Of a DNA stretch of 64,000 nt, positions 37,801 through 45,910 are shown piece after piece. Numbering within the stretch: position 1 is the stretch's first letter; every line of letters starts with the position of its first letter. This DNA comes from Candidatus Aenigmatarchaeota archaeon. GTDB taxonomy: Archaea; Aenigmatarchaeota; Aenigmatarchaeia; Aenigmatarchaeales; JACQIB01. Below the pieces are notes generated by a model. That model did no database searches. It was not told the origin of the DNA and saw nothing but the letters and a program-made list of their open reading frames with translations. A program made the position numbers and the translations under genes. The stretch lies in contig JACQIB010000002.1 in the NCBI GenBank assembly GCA_016198755.1, positions 32,001 through 96,000 on the forward strand, read 5' to 3'.

Positions 37801-37876
37801 AGGAATTGTTTGCAAGCAGGTAATTTAAGCCTATCCCTGCGGAAACCTTAAAAACTTTAGATACTGTAACTTCGTT

Positions 37877-38464
37877 ATGTTGTTAAAGAAGAAAAAATGC
37901 ACAGAGTGCCTCTCCACAATAGAAAATGACTGGGATTTTTGCCCGCGCTGCGGCGAACCTTTGAATGCAGAAAATTCGTTTGAAAATATCTTTGAGGATA
38001 TGGAAAAGCTATTTACTTTTCCAGAAGTTAAGTTTTCCGACTACGGAGATTCAGGTGGTATTTCTATTTCCATTGTTTCAGGCACTGGACTTGAGCCAAA
38101 AGTAAGCATTAAAACTTCAGGAAAATTCAAAGAAATGGAACCTGAATTAAGGAAACAACTCGCTGGCTCTGTACCAACACTTAAATCAAAGGAAACAAAA
38201 CGAAGAGCAGTAAAATTTGAAAAAACAGAAGAACCTAAAATGGAAGTTAAAAAAAGTAAAAACGAGCTTACTTACAGGATAAAACTCCCAGGAATAGTTT
38301 CCCTGCGTTCAGTTGATGTGAAAAAGCTGCCAAATTCAATTGAGATAAGGGCAGCTGCAGGCAACAAGCTCTACTTTAAGCTTTTCGAAGTTCCAGAAGG
38401 TTTTGAAATAATAGAAAAAAACTTCAAATATGGTATACTTTTCTTGTCGTTGAAGAGGCAATAG
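37877..38464 (+). CDS. Zinc-ribbon plus Hsp20/alpha-crystallin-like domain protein
   Basis: CTEC...WDFCPRCG, then TEEP..V......IKLPGI...IEIRA...FKYGILFLSL. Confidence 0.75.
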   Translation: MLLKKKKCTECLSTIENDWDFCPRCGEPLNAENSFENIFEDMEKLFTFPEVKFSDYGDSGGISISIVSGTGLEPKVSIKTSGKFKEMEPELRKQLAGSVPTLKSKETKRRAVKFEKTEEPKMEVKKSKNELTYRIKLPGIVSLRSVDVKKLPNSIEIRAAAGNKLYFKLFEVPEGFEIIEKNFKYGILFLSLKRQ

Positions 38465-38500
38465 AGGCAATTTTATAAACAGGCCAAATACAATAAATCC

Positions 38501-39787
38501 ATGAAATATGTGGTTTTTGCCCTTGCTATAGTTGTTCTGGCAGCAGGCTGCACAGGTCAGGCTTTTCCAAATTTTGGGAACTTCACATCAAATGATGCTA
38601 AAAACCTTCAAGAAATACAAAAATTCATGGCAGATCATCCAAATGCAGAAATTAAAACATCTGTATACGACAGCGATAGCATAAAGGCAGTTCTTCCAGA
38701 ATTCAAGGATGACTGCCCAACTCTTGGAAAAGAAGATAAAACCTATTCAAAAATAACAGCCCGTGATCCTGATACCAATCGTGGAATGATTGTCTGGGTG
38801 GATGATATGAATAAAGTTATCTGTTCTGTCAGCAAACCTATTATTATAGTCCAAACTACCACAACAGCCCCAATTAAAAAGTCAGACGGGAGCGCGTGTG
38901 AAATCCATGATGAGTGTGTAAGCGGATTATGCTTAAACAAAGTTTGTTCCACTCCAGGTTCTGTATTACAGACTACAACATCCATAGCATCTACAACTAC
39001 AACAACAGTTCCACCTACAACAACAACTTCAAATGATACAAACGCAGCCGTAACTTCCAGCACAACAACTACACTCGGGCCGATGCCTGATTTATTTGTT
39101 TCTGATATAACCATAACAAAGCCAGTTTACTATCTAGACACTTGGAATTCAAATCAATTTTCCCATAATATTTCATTCCGCGTAACAAACATTGGATCTG
39201 CACAATCAAACGCAACTTTAGCCCGAATAAAAATTTTAAATGAAAGTGCCGGAAATGTAACTATAACTACAAATTTGAGTTCTGTGAAATCCCTAGCTCC
39301 CGGAGAATCCGTTCTTGTGGATTTCAATGGTCCATACAAGTTAACGCGATCAACAAGAGCACAAGCTATGTATTATCTCTCAGCTGCAGTAGATTTATCT
39401 GACCAGTTTTCATTTTACAACAATACTGAATCAAGCGAGACTAATAATGAAAAAACAGTCTCATTTCCAGTTCCATATATTTTCCCAACACAGGCAAATT
39501 TTGTGATTAATTACATATCTATTTTATATGGAAATGTAACTTATCAGGTGAAAAATATAGGCAGTGAAACATCTGGTGCCTTTTCCATTAGCATCAATAT
39601 GTATAACAGCCTCAATCAATCTGCAGGAGGATGCGGTGGTAGTGGTCCTGCTCTAGCTCCTGGCATGAAAACAAATCTAACTTGGTGCTGGGTTTCTGGG
39701 GCTGCAAAAGCCAATGCTACAGTAGATGCTTACAACATGACAATTGAAACAAATGAAAACGACAATGTTAATTCAACATTCGCATAA
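38501..39787 (+). CDS. Surface lipoprotein with Cys-rich motif, Thr-rich linker and two CARDB-like domains
   Basis: LAAGC lipobox, DGSACEIHDECVSGLCLNKVC, poly-Thr, PDLFVSDI...VTNIGS...ESSETNNE and VKNIGS...VD...ETNENDN. Confidence 0.8.
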   Translation: MKYVVFALAIVVLAAGCTGQAFPNFGNFTSNDAKNLQEIQKFMADHPNAEIKTSVYDSDSIKAVLPEFKDDCPTLGKEDKTYSKITARDPDTNRGMIVWVDDMNKVICSVSKPIIIVQTTTTAPIKKSDGSACEIHDECVSGLCLNKVCSTPGSVLQTTTSIASTTTTTVPPTTTTSNDTNAAVTSSTTTTLGPMPDLFVSDITITKPVYYLDTWNSNQFSHNISFRVTNIGSAQSNATLARIKILNESAGNVTITTNLSSVKSLAPGESVLVDFNGPYKLTRSTRAQAMYYLSAAVDLSDQFSFYNNTESSETNNEKTVSFPVPYIFPTQANFVINYISILYGNVTYQVKNIGSETSGAFSISINMYNSLNQSAGGCGGSGPALAPGMKTNLTWCWVSGAAKANATVDAYNMTIETNENDNVNSTFA

Positions 39788-39867
39788 AATTTAAGCACTT
39801 ATTTTTTTGTGACAATATATACCCCCCATCCTCGGGTTTTAAATATTGGAAACTCAAATTCTTATCA

Positions 39868-40368
39868 ATGTTCTGGAAAAAGGAAAAGTGCAAAGCCTGT
39901 TCTTCCGATGTTAAAGAGAACTGGAACTACTGCCCAACATGCGGACAGGCTACAAAGGAAAGAAATGTTGTAGGCAATGGTAACAGTGTTTCCCTATCCG
40001 GACCATTTGGGGTTAAAATCAGCTTCCGCTCTGTTGGCGAGGATAATACTTCAGGCGTGGGTTTAGCAGAGTTAAAGGTACGCGAACAGTTAGTTGAACA
40101 GGCAAAGTTGCATGGTTTGGTTGAAAGTCCAAAAGTAACAGAAGAACCCTCTGCTGAAATAAAGAAAGATTCTCTTGGTATAGTTTTCAAAATCAGCCTC
40201 CCAGGTGTGCAGGAAAATTCAATCGAACTCCGCAGGCTCCCAAACAGCCTTGAGCTCAAAGCAATAGCAGGAAACAAGCTCTATTTCAAAGTTTTCGAGG
40301 TTCCGCAGAATTTGGTTGTTGTAGAAAGAAAGTTCGAGCCGCCGCTTTTGATTGTTAGAATGGGATAA
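39868..40368 (+). CDS. Zinc-ribbon plus Hsp20-like protein, paralog of 37877
   Basis: CKAC...WNYCPTCG, TEEP, LPNSLELKAIAGNKLYFKVFEVP nearly identical to the paralog. Confidence 0.72.
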   Translation: MFWKKEKCKACSSDVKENWNYCPTCGQATKERNVVGNGNSVSLSGPFGVKISFRSVGEDNTSGVGLAELKVREQLVEQAKLHGLVESPKVTEEPSAEIKKDSLGIVFKISLPGVQENSIELRRLPNSLELKAIAGNKLYFKVFEVPQNLVVVERKFEPPLLIVRMG

Positions 40369-40377
40369 TAACTGAAA

Positions 40378-40671
40378 CTAAATTTTTCCACCATGAACAG
40401 CTAGACTTATCAAGTAATATATAACAATCATTGTTATTAATAATATAATAGATACTATAAGCCATCCATAATAGTATGTGCGCCTGCGGAAGCCAGTTCC
40501 AAGGAATTCTGGTTCTTCTTTCTTGTGTACAAAATATCCAATTATTTGAATTAACCAATATAGCAGACCCAATACACCAAGATAACCTAAGTAGTAGACG
40601 ATTCTGCGCCAGCCCACTTTAAACCATTCCTTCTGTATCTTTTGGATTCTTCTCTTCCTTTGTTTTGGCAT
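40378..40671 (-). CDS. Small basic two-TM membrane protein
   Basis: Arg/Lys-rich N-terminus, two hydrophobic helices each preceded by RR-x2-YY-x-G. TATA-like sequence upstream. Confidence 0.55.
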   Translation of the reverse strand: MPKQRKRRIQKIQKEWFKVGWRRIVYYLGYLGVLGLLYWLIQIIGYFVHKKEEPEFLGTGFRRRTYYYGWLIVSIILLITMIVIYYLISLAVHGGKI

Positions 40672-40728
40672 AAATCATATTGTAGTTTTTTTTATATATA
40701 TGGAAATTTTTTTGAATTGAAAACTTAG

Positions 40729-40817
40729 TGGTGGGCCCACCAGGAATTGAACCTGGCCCTTTACCGATTTCAGCAAATGCATGTGAGGGTAATGTCCTAC
40801 CGATAGACCATGGGCCC
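40729..40817 (-). tRNA. tRNA-Val(CAC) with 15-nt intron at 37/38 (40767-40781), encoded CCA
   Basis: GGGCCCA/TGGGCCC acceptor, TTACC-CT-CAC-A^C-GGTAA anticodon arm, CCAGG-TTCAATT-CCTGG T-arm. Confidence 0.92.
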
Positions 40818-40836
40818 GAATTCTAATTTGAATAAT

Positions 40837-41532
40837 TCACTTAAATAGGTAGCCAGTTTCTTCTCCCCAGAACAAGAGGTCTAAATGGCTCATTGGAATT
40901 CCAGAAAGTTCTGAAAAATCTTTCATTTTTTCTTCTATTTCCAAGTAAAGCTTTGGAGTCAGTGATTTAGGCTCCTCATCTATAACTCCGCACTTTACCA
41001 AGTTTTTTAGTATATGCCTGTCCAAAATAGCAATATTCTCCCCGAATCCAATATTCCTCAGGAAATGGTTTACCTCCTTCCATCCAATACCCTTCACATT
41101 TTCCACAATCCACTCCCTTGTTTTTAGTATGTTTTTGGGGTCTATATGCTTTTTTATGGAAATTTTTCCATTCTCTATAAAAAGTTTCCTTGCCTCCACA
41201 ATATACCTTGATTTATTTTCATTAAACCTGACTTCCCTTAAGTATGGAAGTATCTGTTGGGATGAACCAGTAAACAAAAGATTGTTTTCCAGCAGTTTCT
41301 TTATTGCTGCATCGCATACAACAGCTTTTGACTGCGGTGTACACAGACAGAAACAAAGCTCAGCAAAAATCCTTTCTTCAGGCAGTTCCCAGACTTTCCT
41401 GTATTCAGAAAGCCTTTTTAGAATAATTTTGTGCCTTTTCTCGTAAGACTCCAAAACCTTCTGGAAATCCAGCATTCTGTCTATCCCTTTGTCCATCGTT
41501 GGGTTTAGGAATTCGTTTAAGTTTTCCGGCAT
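40837..41532 (-). CDS. ogg: 8-oxoguanine DNA glycosylase/AP lyase (Ogg2 type)
   Basis: ELCFCLCTPQS, VRFNENK, VKGIGWKEVNHFLRNIG, AILDRHIL, and a C-terminal Lys. Confidence 0.9.
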   Translation of the reverse strand: MPENLNEFLNPTMDKGIDRMLDFQKVLESYEKRHKIILKRLSEYRKVWELPEERIFAELCFCLCTPQSKAVVCDAAIKKLLENNLLFTGSSQQILPYLREVRFNENKSRYIVEARKLFIENGKISIKKHIDPKNILKTREWIVENVKGIGWKEVNHFLRNIGFGENIAILDRHILKNLVKCGVIDEEPKSLTPKLYLEIEEKMKDFSELSGIPMSHLDLLFWGEETGYLFK

Positions 41533-41556
41533 GAACTGAATTGGATAACAGAAGAT

Positions 41557-42114
41557 TTAAGCTTTCGCCAGTCTGATAAACTCCTCTATCTGCCTATAGA
41601 AGGGCTCAAGCTCTTCCTTGCACTGGGGCAGCGACAAGATTTCCCATTTCTCATCTGCCTTTTCTTCTACATAAACAATGGAATCATTAAAGCTCATTTT
41701 CCTGTTCCCCAGAGAATGTAAAAAGCTTAGAAAGCCCCTTGGAGAGAGGAACCTGTAGCAGTCTGCATTTGCACATATCTCAGACTCTATACATGAAAAG
41801 CTCTGTAAGTGGTGCTCCTTTATACATGCTAAAACTTTTCCAAGTTTTTCAGAATCCAGCAAACCATGAAGAAGCTTTTCTGCAGCAGCAACGCTAAGTT
41901 CAGCATGTTCCTCCTTCTTTCTAAGTGAGGTTGCTTCTCCAAGCTTGAAGTCCATTAGAATTGTCCCCAGTTCTACAACAAGCCTGTCAGCTCCCAGCTC
42001 TTCAGCCAACTCTATAGCCTTTGAAAGGGAAAGATCCAAGTGGAGCTGGGATGGTAATCCATGCTTTTTAATCTCAGCAATGGCTGCTGCTTTTGCTATT
42101 TCCACCGGATCCAT
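41557..42114 (-). CDS. Degenerate HD-domain protein
   Basis: H...AEELGAD..VVELGTILMD (HD changed to MD), EHA, EHH, ICANADC. Confidence 0.7.
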   Translation of the reverse strand: MDPVEIAKAAAIAEIKKHGLPSQLHLDLSLSKAIELAEELGADRLVVELGTILMDFKLGEATSLRKKEEHAELSVAAAEKLLHGLLDSEKLGKVLACIKEHHLQSFSCIESEICANADCYRFLSPRGFLSFLHSLGNRKMSFNDSIVYVEEKADEKWEILSLPQCKEELEPFYRQIEEFIRLAKA

Positions 42115-42125
42115 TTAATCACAAT

Positions 42126-42268
42126 TGGCGCTGGGGGAGGGATTTTCTCTGCTCTACCTGAGGGGGTAGGGCTGTAGGGGGAAACTTCCCCCTGAGCTTC
42201 GAACCCTCGCTGGCATTGCTGCCAACCAACTTAGCAGGCTGGCGCCGTAACCGCTTGGCTACCCCAGC
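42126..42268 (-). tRNA. tRNA-Ser(GCT) with 55-nt intron in the T-loop (59/60; 42143-42197), encoded CCA
   Basis: GCTGGGG/CCCCAGC acceptor, G discriminator, CCAGC-CT-GCT-AA-GTTGG anticodon arm, long variable arm, GAGGG-TTCGAA^T-CCCTC after splicing gives 88 nt. Confidence 0.9.
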
Positions 42269-42362
42269 ACTATCTATTAGTTGTGAGTAAGTTTTAAAAC
42301 CCACTATCAGCTTTATATTCTTTACATCCCCTTATACTGGTAAGAAAATGAGGGTGATTTGC

Positions 42363-42677
42363 ATGGGAATAACAGTAAAAAACGTTTCAGAAATGTTTGG
42401 AAAAGATGTATTTACAAACAGGGGAGTTTACTGCGGAAGGGTTTCTGATATAAAGGTAAACATGCAGAAGTTCAGGATAAATTCTATTGTTTTGGATGTT
42501 GTTAAGGGAAGCTTCCTATCCGGGGTTATTGGAAATAAGAGAGGAATTATAGTTCCATACCAGTATGTTGATTCTGTTGGAGATGTAATTATAATCAAGC
42601 ACATACAGACTCCACAAGTTCCAGATGAAAGAGCAGTTGGAACAGAGCCAGAAGAGATAACACCAGTGCCATTCTAA
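42363..42677 (+). CDS. PRC-barrel domain protein (CdpB-like)
   Basis: SEMFGKDVFTNRGVYCGRVSDI...IIVPYQYVDSVGDVIII, with GAGGGTGA RBS. Confidence 0.85.
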   Translation: MGITVKNVSEMFGKDVFTNRGVYCGRVSDIKVNMQKFRINSIVLDVVKGSFLSGVIGNKRGIIVPYQYVDSVGDVIIIKHIQTPQVPDERAVGTEPEEITPVPF

Positions 42678-42683
42678 ACAGGC

Positions 42684-43370
42684 TTATTTTTTGGCAAATT
42701 TCTTTATAGCCAAAGCTGCCTCTACAGCAACTCCCCATGCAGTATATCCTTTAAGTCCAATCACTTTAGCTCCAAATCCCCTAACAGCATCTTCCATTGC
42801 TGTCCTGTCTTTTGGTTCTTCCTTAAACTCAAACTGCATTTTTTCCCCATGCTCACCGAAAACAAAAGACTTAATTTTATCAGGATTCTTTTTCAGTTCC
42901 TTTCCAAGCAGGTAACGTAGTCTTGCTGTATCTGTTTCAGTGCCTAAAACAAAAACCCTTTCTTTTGGAAAGCCTGAAGCTTTCCTGAACACTTCTGCAA
43001 TCTTGCTGCTCGGGTTTGTTGCAACAAAAACATAAGCTTTAGGAGAAATATCCGGAACAACCTTTGCAATACCCTCTATAATTGATTTGTTCTTCTCAAA
43101 CAGCTGTTCCCTTGTCATTGTTGAAGAGCGGGCTAACCCAGCTGTAACAACAATAAAATCACTACTTTCTATAATTTCAAGTTTATCTGAGCCTGAAATA
43201 ACTGTACTCGGAGAAACCTGTACAGCAGCTCCAGCCAAATCCAAAGCCTCACCTTCAGCAACTCCAGGCACAATATCCTGCAAAACAAGCTCTTCCGGCT
43301 TTACAATATTCAGCACAGCAAATCCAACAGCAGCTCCAACCCTCCCAGAACCAACTATACTTATCTTCAT
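42684..43370 (-). CDS. Shortened LDH-like malate dehydrogenase
   Basis: KISIVGSGRVG, GEALDL, TAGLAR...TREQL, ATNP, DTAR, GEHG. Only 228 aa. Confidence 0.8.
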   Translation of the reverse strand: MKISIVGSGRVGAAVGFAVLNIVKPEELVLQDIVPGVAEGEALDLAGAAVQVSPSTVISGSDKLEIIESSDFIVVTAGLARSSTMTREQLFEKNKSIIEGIAKVVPDISPKAYVFVATNPSSKIAEVFRKASGFPKERVFVLGTETDTARLRYLLGKELKKNPDKIKSFVFGEHGEKMQFEFKEEPKDRTAMEDAVRGFGAKVIGLKGYTAWGVAVEAALAIKKFAKK

Positions 43371-44113
43371 TTTCTCACCTTTACTATTTCAGCTATTGCC
43401 CCATAAACAGCTTTTCCAGCAATACTTGAATAGAGTTCATCCAATCCCGCGACTCCAATCGGAGTAAACTCAACAAAATCAATTGCACAAAGCTTTCCTG
43501 CCAGTGATTTTACAATTGAAATAAGCTCATTAAATCCCAGCCCTTCAGGCTCAGGATTTCCAACAGCAGGAAGCACAGAAGGATCAAGGCAATCAAAATC
43601 AATGCTCAAGTAAATAGGGCCAGGCAGATTTTTAACTGCAGAGGCAGAAAGTATTTTTATTTTATTATTTTTAATAAAATTCCCCTCTTTTTTCGAAATA
43701 GTTCTTACCCCATGCAGAAAACAGTTCTTTGCCCCAAGAAATTCTGTCACCTTTCTAAAAACAGCATTATGTCCTTCTCCATCCTCACAGTCAGGATGCG
43801 CATCCAGACTAAGGAATGTTCTGGGTTTTACAGCTTTAACACAGGGAAATGTTATTGAATGTTCCCCACCCAAAATTATTGGAAATTTCTTTGTTTCTGA
43901 GAGTTTATTTTGCACAATAGCTGAAAGTTCTATGCTATCCTTAGGATAGAAAACACCGAGATCATGAAAAAAAGCCTTTTCGTTCAGATCAACACCGGAA
44001 ATATTTGTTTCCAGTTTTCCAAAAGCAGTTTTAATCATTTCAGGTCCTAAAATACTACCTCTTCTAAATGTCTGAGTTTTATCATAACCAAGCCCTAATA
44101 ATGAAAAATCCAT
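43367..44113 (-). CDS. Agmatinase / arginase (ureohydrolase) family protein
   Basis: GGEHSIT, LDAHPD, SIDFDCLDPS...GNPEPEG, DFVE. Confidence 0.88.
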   Translation of the reverse strand: MDFSLLGLGYDKTQTFRRGSILGPEMIKTAFGKLETNISGVDLNEKAFFHDLGVFYPKDSIELSAIVQNKLSETKKFPIILGGEHSITFPCVKAVKPRTFLSLDAHPDCEDGEGHNAVFRKVTEFLGAKNCFLHGVRTISKKEGNFIKNNKIKILSASAVKNLPGPIYLSIDFDCLDPSVLPAVGNPEPEGLGFNELISIVKSLAGKLCAIDFVEFTPIGVAGLDELYSSIAGKAVYGAIAEIVKVRK

Positions 44114-44162
44114 TGTATCACAAGCGTTTTAAATATAGGCTGCAGTATTTAATAGGTTTGTT

Positions 44163-44957
44163 ATGGCAATAATGAAAAGGTTGTTTGGTATAAAGAAATC
44201 TAAAATAGCTAGTAAACCTACTCCGAAGCCAAAATCTAAACCAAAGGCTAAAATAACGCACAAAACAGCCCCAAAAGCCAAAATAGTACATAAAAAGCCT
44301 TCTATACCCAGTGTAAAAGTTGAAGTAAAGCAAGCAGCTCCTATATTAGAAGGTATTCCAGATGACAAGGCATTTGAAATGCTAAAAACATCCCATGTGC
44401 CAGTTGTTCCTTTCTTTTCAATTAAAAAAGAGTCTGATATAAAGGAAGCTTTGAAAAAGGTTGGAACTCCAGCCATACTAAAGGTTTATGGTGCGAAAAT
44501 AGCCAACAGGACAGAAGTTGGAGGAGTTGTTTCCGTTTCATCCGAAGCTGAGGCAACAGAAGCTTTTAAAAAACTAATGAAAATAAAGGGTGCAGAAAAA
44601 GTTATTGCACAGAAAGTTCTTACAGGAATAGAAATGATTCTCGGCACAAAATCTGACCAGCAGTTTGGAACAATTGTTTCAGTTGGGTTGGGTGGTGCCT
44701 ATAAGGAAATAATAAAGGATGTTGCATTCCGCGTTGTACCTTTTTCAGATTCTGATGCAGAAGCAATGCTAAAAGAATTAAAAGGTTTTGAAGTTATTGC
44801 TAGTGCAGGCAACAAGATCAATGTTCAAAGCTTAAAGGACAATTTAGTTAAGCTCGGAAAGTTTGCAGTGGAAAACAAGCAGATAAAAAGCTCTACAATA
44901 TTGTTTTTCTGCAATTCTGATGGGTGCTGGGCTTCTGACGTAGTACTTTCAAAATAA
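44163..44957 (+). CDS. ADP-forming acyl-CoA synthetase beta-subunit homolog (ATP-grasp), degenerate, with Lys/Pro-rich N-terminal extension
   Basis: GTPAILKV, TEVGGV, GIEMILG..SDQQFG.IVSVGLGG...IKDVAFR.VP. The conserved HKSD motif reads NRTE. Confidence 0.82.
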   Translation: MAIMKRLFGIKKSKIASKPTPKPKSKPKAKITHKTAPKAKIVHKKPSIPSVKVEVKQAAPILEGIPDDKAFEMLKTSHVPVVPFFSIKKESDIKEALKKVGTPAILKVYGAKIANRTEVGGVVSVSSEAEATEAFKKLMKIKGAEKVIAQKVLTGIEMILGTKSDQQFGTIVSVGLGGAYKEIIKDVAFRVVPFSDSDAEAMLKELKGFEVIASAGNKINVQSLKDNLVKLGKFAVENKQIKSSTILFFCNSDGCWASDVVLSK

Positions 44958-44959
44958 AT

Positions 44960-45172
44960 TTACTGGAAATCCCAGAACTTTTTTTCAAATCCATCAGGCA
45001 CTATACCCAATTCTTCAGAATCTTCCTGCATTTCCCCCTCGCAATTTTGGCAGATTTCATCTGTAACAAGATTTATCCTGAATTTTCCCATATAGGATGC
45101 AAAAACAATTGTTGTTTCTTTCAAAAGAAGCGGATTGTAGAATTGTTGCAGCGGAAAAAGTTCTTTTTGCAT
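44960..45172 (-). CDS. Small hypothetical protein (CxxC, acidic C-terminus)
   Basis: ORF fills the intergenic gap, with TTATAAA about 25 bp upstream of ATG 45172. No family recognised. Confidence 0.4.
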   Translation of the reverse strand: MQKELFPLQQFYNPLLLKETTIVFASYMGKFRINLVTDEICQNCEGEMQEDSEELGIVPDGFEKKFWDFQ

Positions 45173-45279
45173 AAAGGTATTGTGCTGAAAAAGCATTTAT
45201 AACAGCAAAAACAGGATAAAGTAATTTCTGTGCAGTAGGAAATCGCGCATTTTTATTCTACCGCACCGAAAAGCTTCAC

Positions 45280-45861
45280 ATGAAAGCAGAATTATTTCTG
45301 GAATTGCGCAGGCAGGCTGTACATGCCTTTGGAATAGTTGTTGCAATCGGTGTTATGTTCCTTCCACAGGAGGTGTATATAGGAGGGCTTGAATCTGTTC
45401 TGATATTTTTTGTTTTGCTGTCCGTTTACAAGGCAGGCAAGTTTGTATTCATAGGCAGAATTGGAAAATTATTTCTATTGTTTGCAAAAAAGTTTGAGCG
45501 CCCAGGAGAACTGTTGCTGAGAGGTCCAATAATGTTCTTTGCTGGCGCAACAATAACAGCAATAATTTTTCCGAGTGCTGTTGCAGCAGCCGGAATAGCT
45601 GTTTTAGCACTGGGTGATTCAGCTTCCACTATTATTGGAAAAACTTATGGAAAGCATAAAATTCCATGGGAAGGAAACAGAAGCTGGGAAGGCAGCATAG
45701 CTTTCTTCATTTTTGCATTAGCAGCCTGTTTACTCTTCCAAATTCCAGTGCAAAAAGCATTTGCAGCAGCTGTGCTCTCAGCAATTATTGAGACAATCCC
45801 AATATTAGATGATAACCTAACAGTTCCAATAGCTGCTGCTGCAGCAATCCAACTCTTCTAA
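45280..45861 (+). CDS. SEC59/DGK1/VTE5 family CTP-dependent polyprenol (dolichol) kinase
   Basis: ELRRQAVH, ER, LALGDSASTIIG..YG.HK, RSWEGS, DDNLTVP. Confidence 0.88.
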   Translation: MKAELFLELRRQAVHAFGIVVAIGVMFLPQEVYIGGLESVLIFFVLLSVYKAGKFVFIGRIGKLFLLFAKKFERPGELLLRGPIMFFAGATITAIIFPSAVAAAGIAVLALGDSASTIIGKTYGKHKIPWEGNRSWEGSIAFFIFALAACLLFQIPVQKAFAAAVLSAIIETIPILDDNLTVPIAAAAAIQLF

Positions 45862-45910
45862 AGGCAAAAATATATAACACTTAAATAGAAGACCCGCCCA
45901 TAGATTTCTC

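Noticed and set aside
35034-40781. tRNA introns as C/D box guide RNAs, given nop5/fibrillarin in the window
   Set aside because: No intron has both a RUGAUGA C box and a CUGA D box. Only isolated partial matches were seen.
42119-42304. 61-aa ORF in the ORF track
   Set aside because: It coincides with the intron-containing tRNA-Ser gene on the same strand, so it is spurious.
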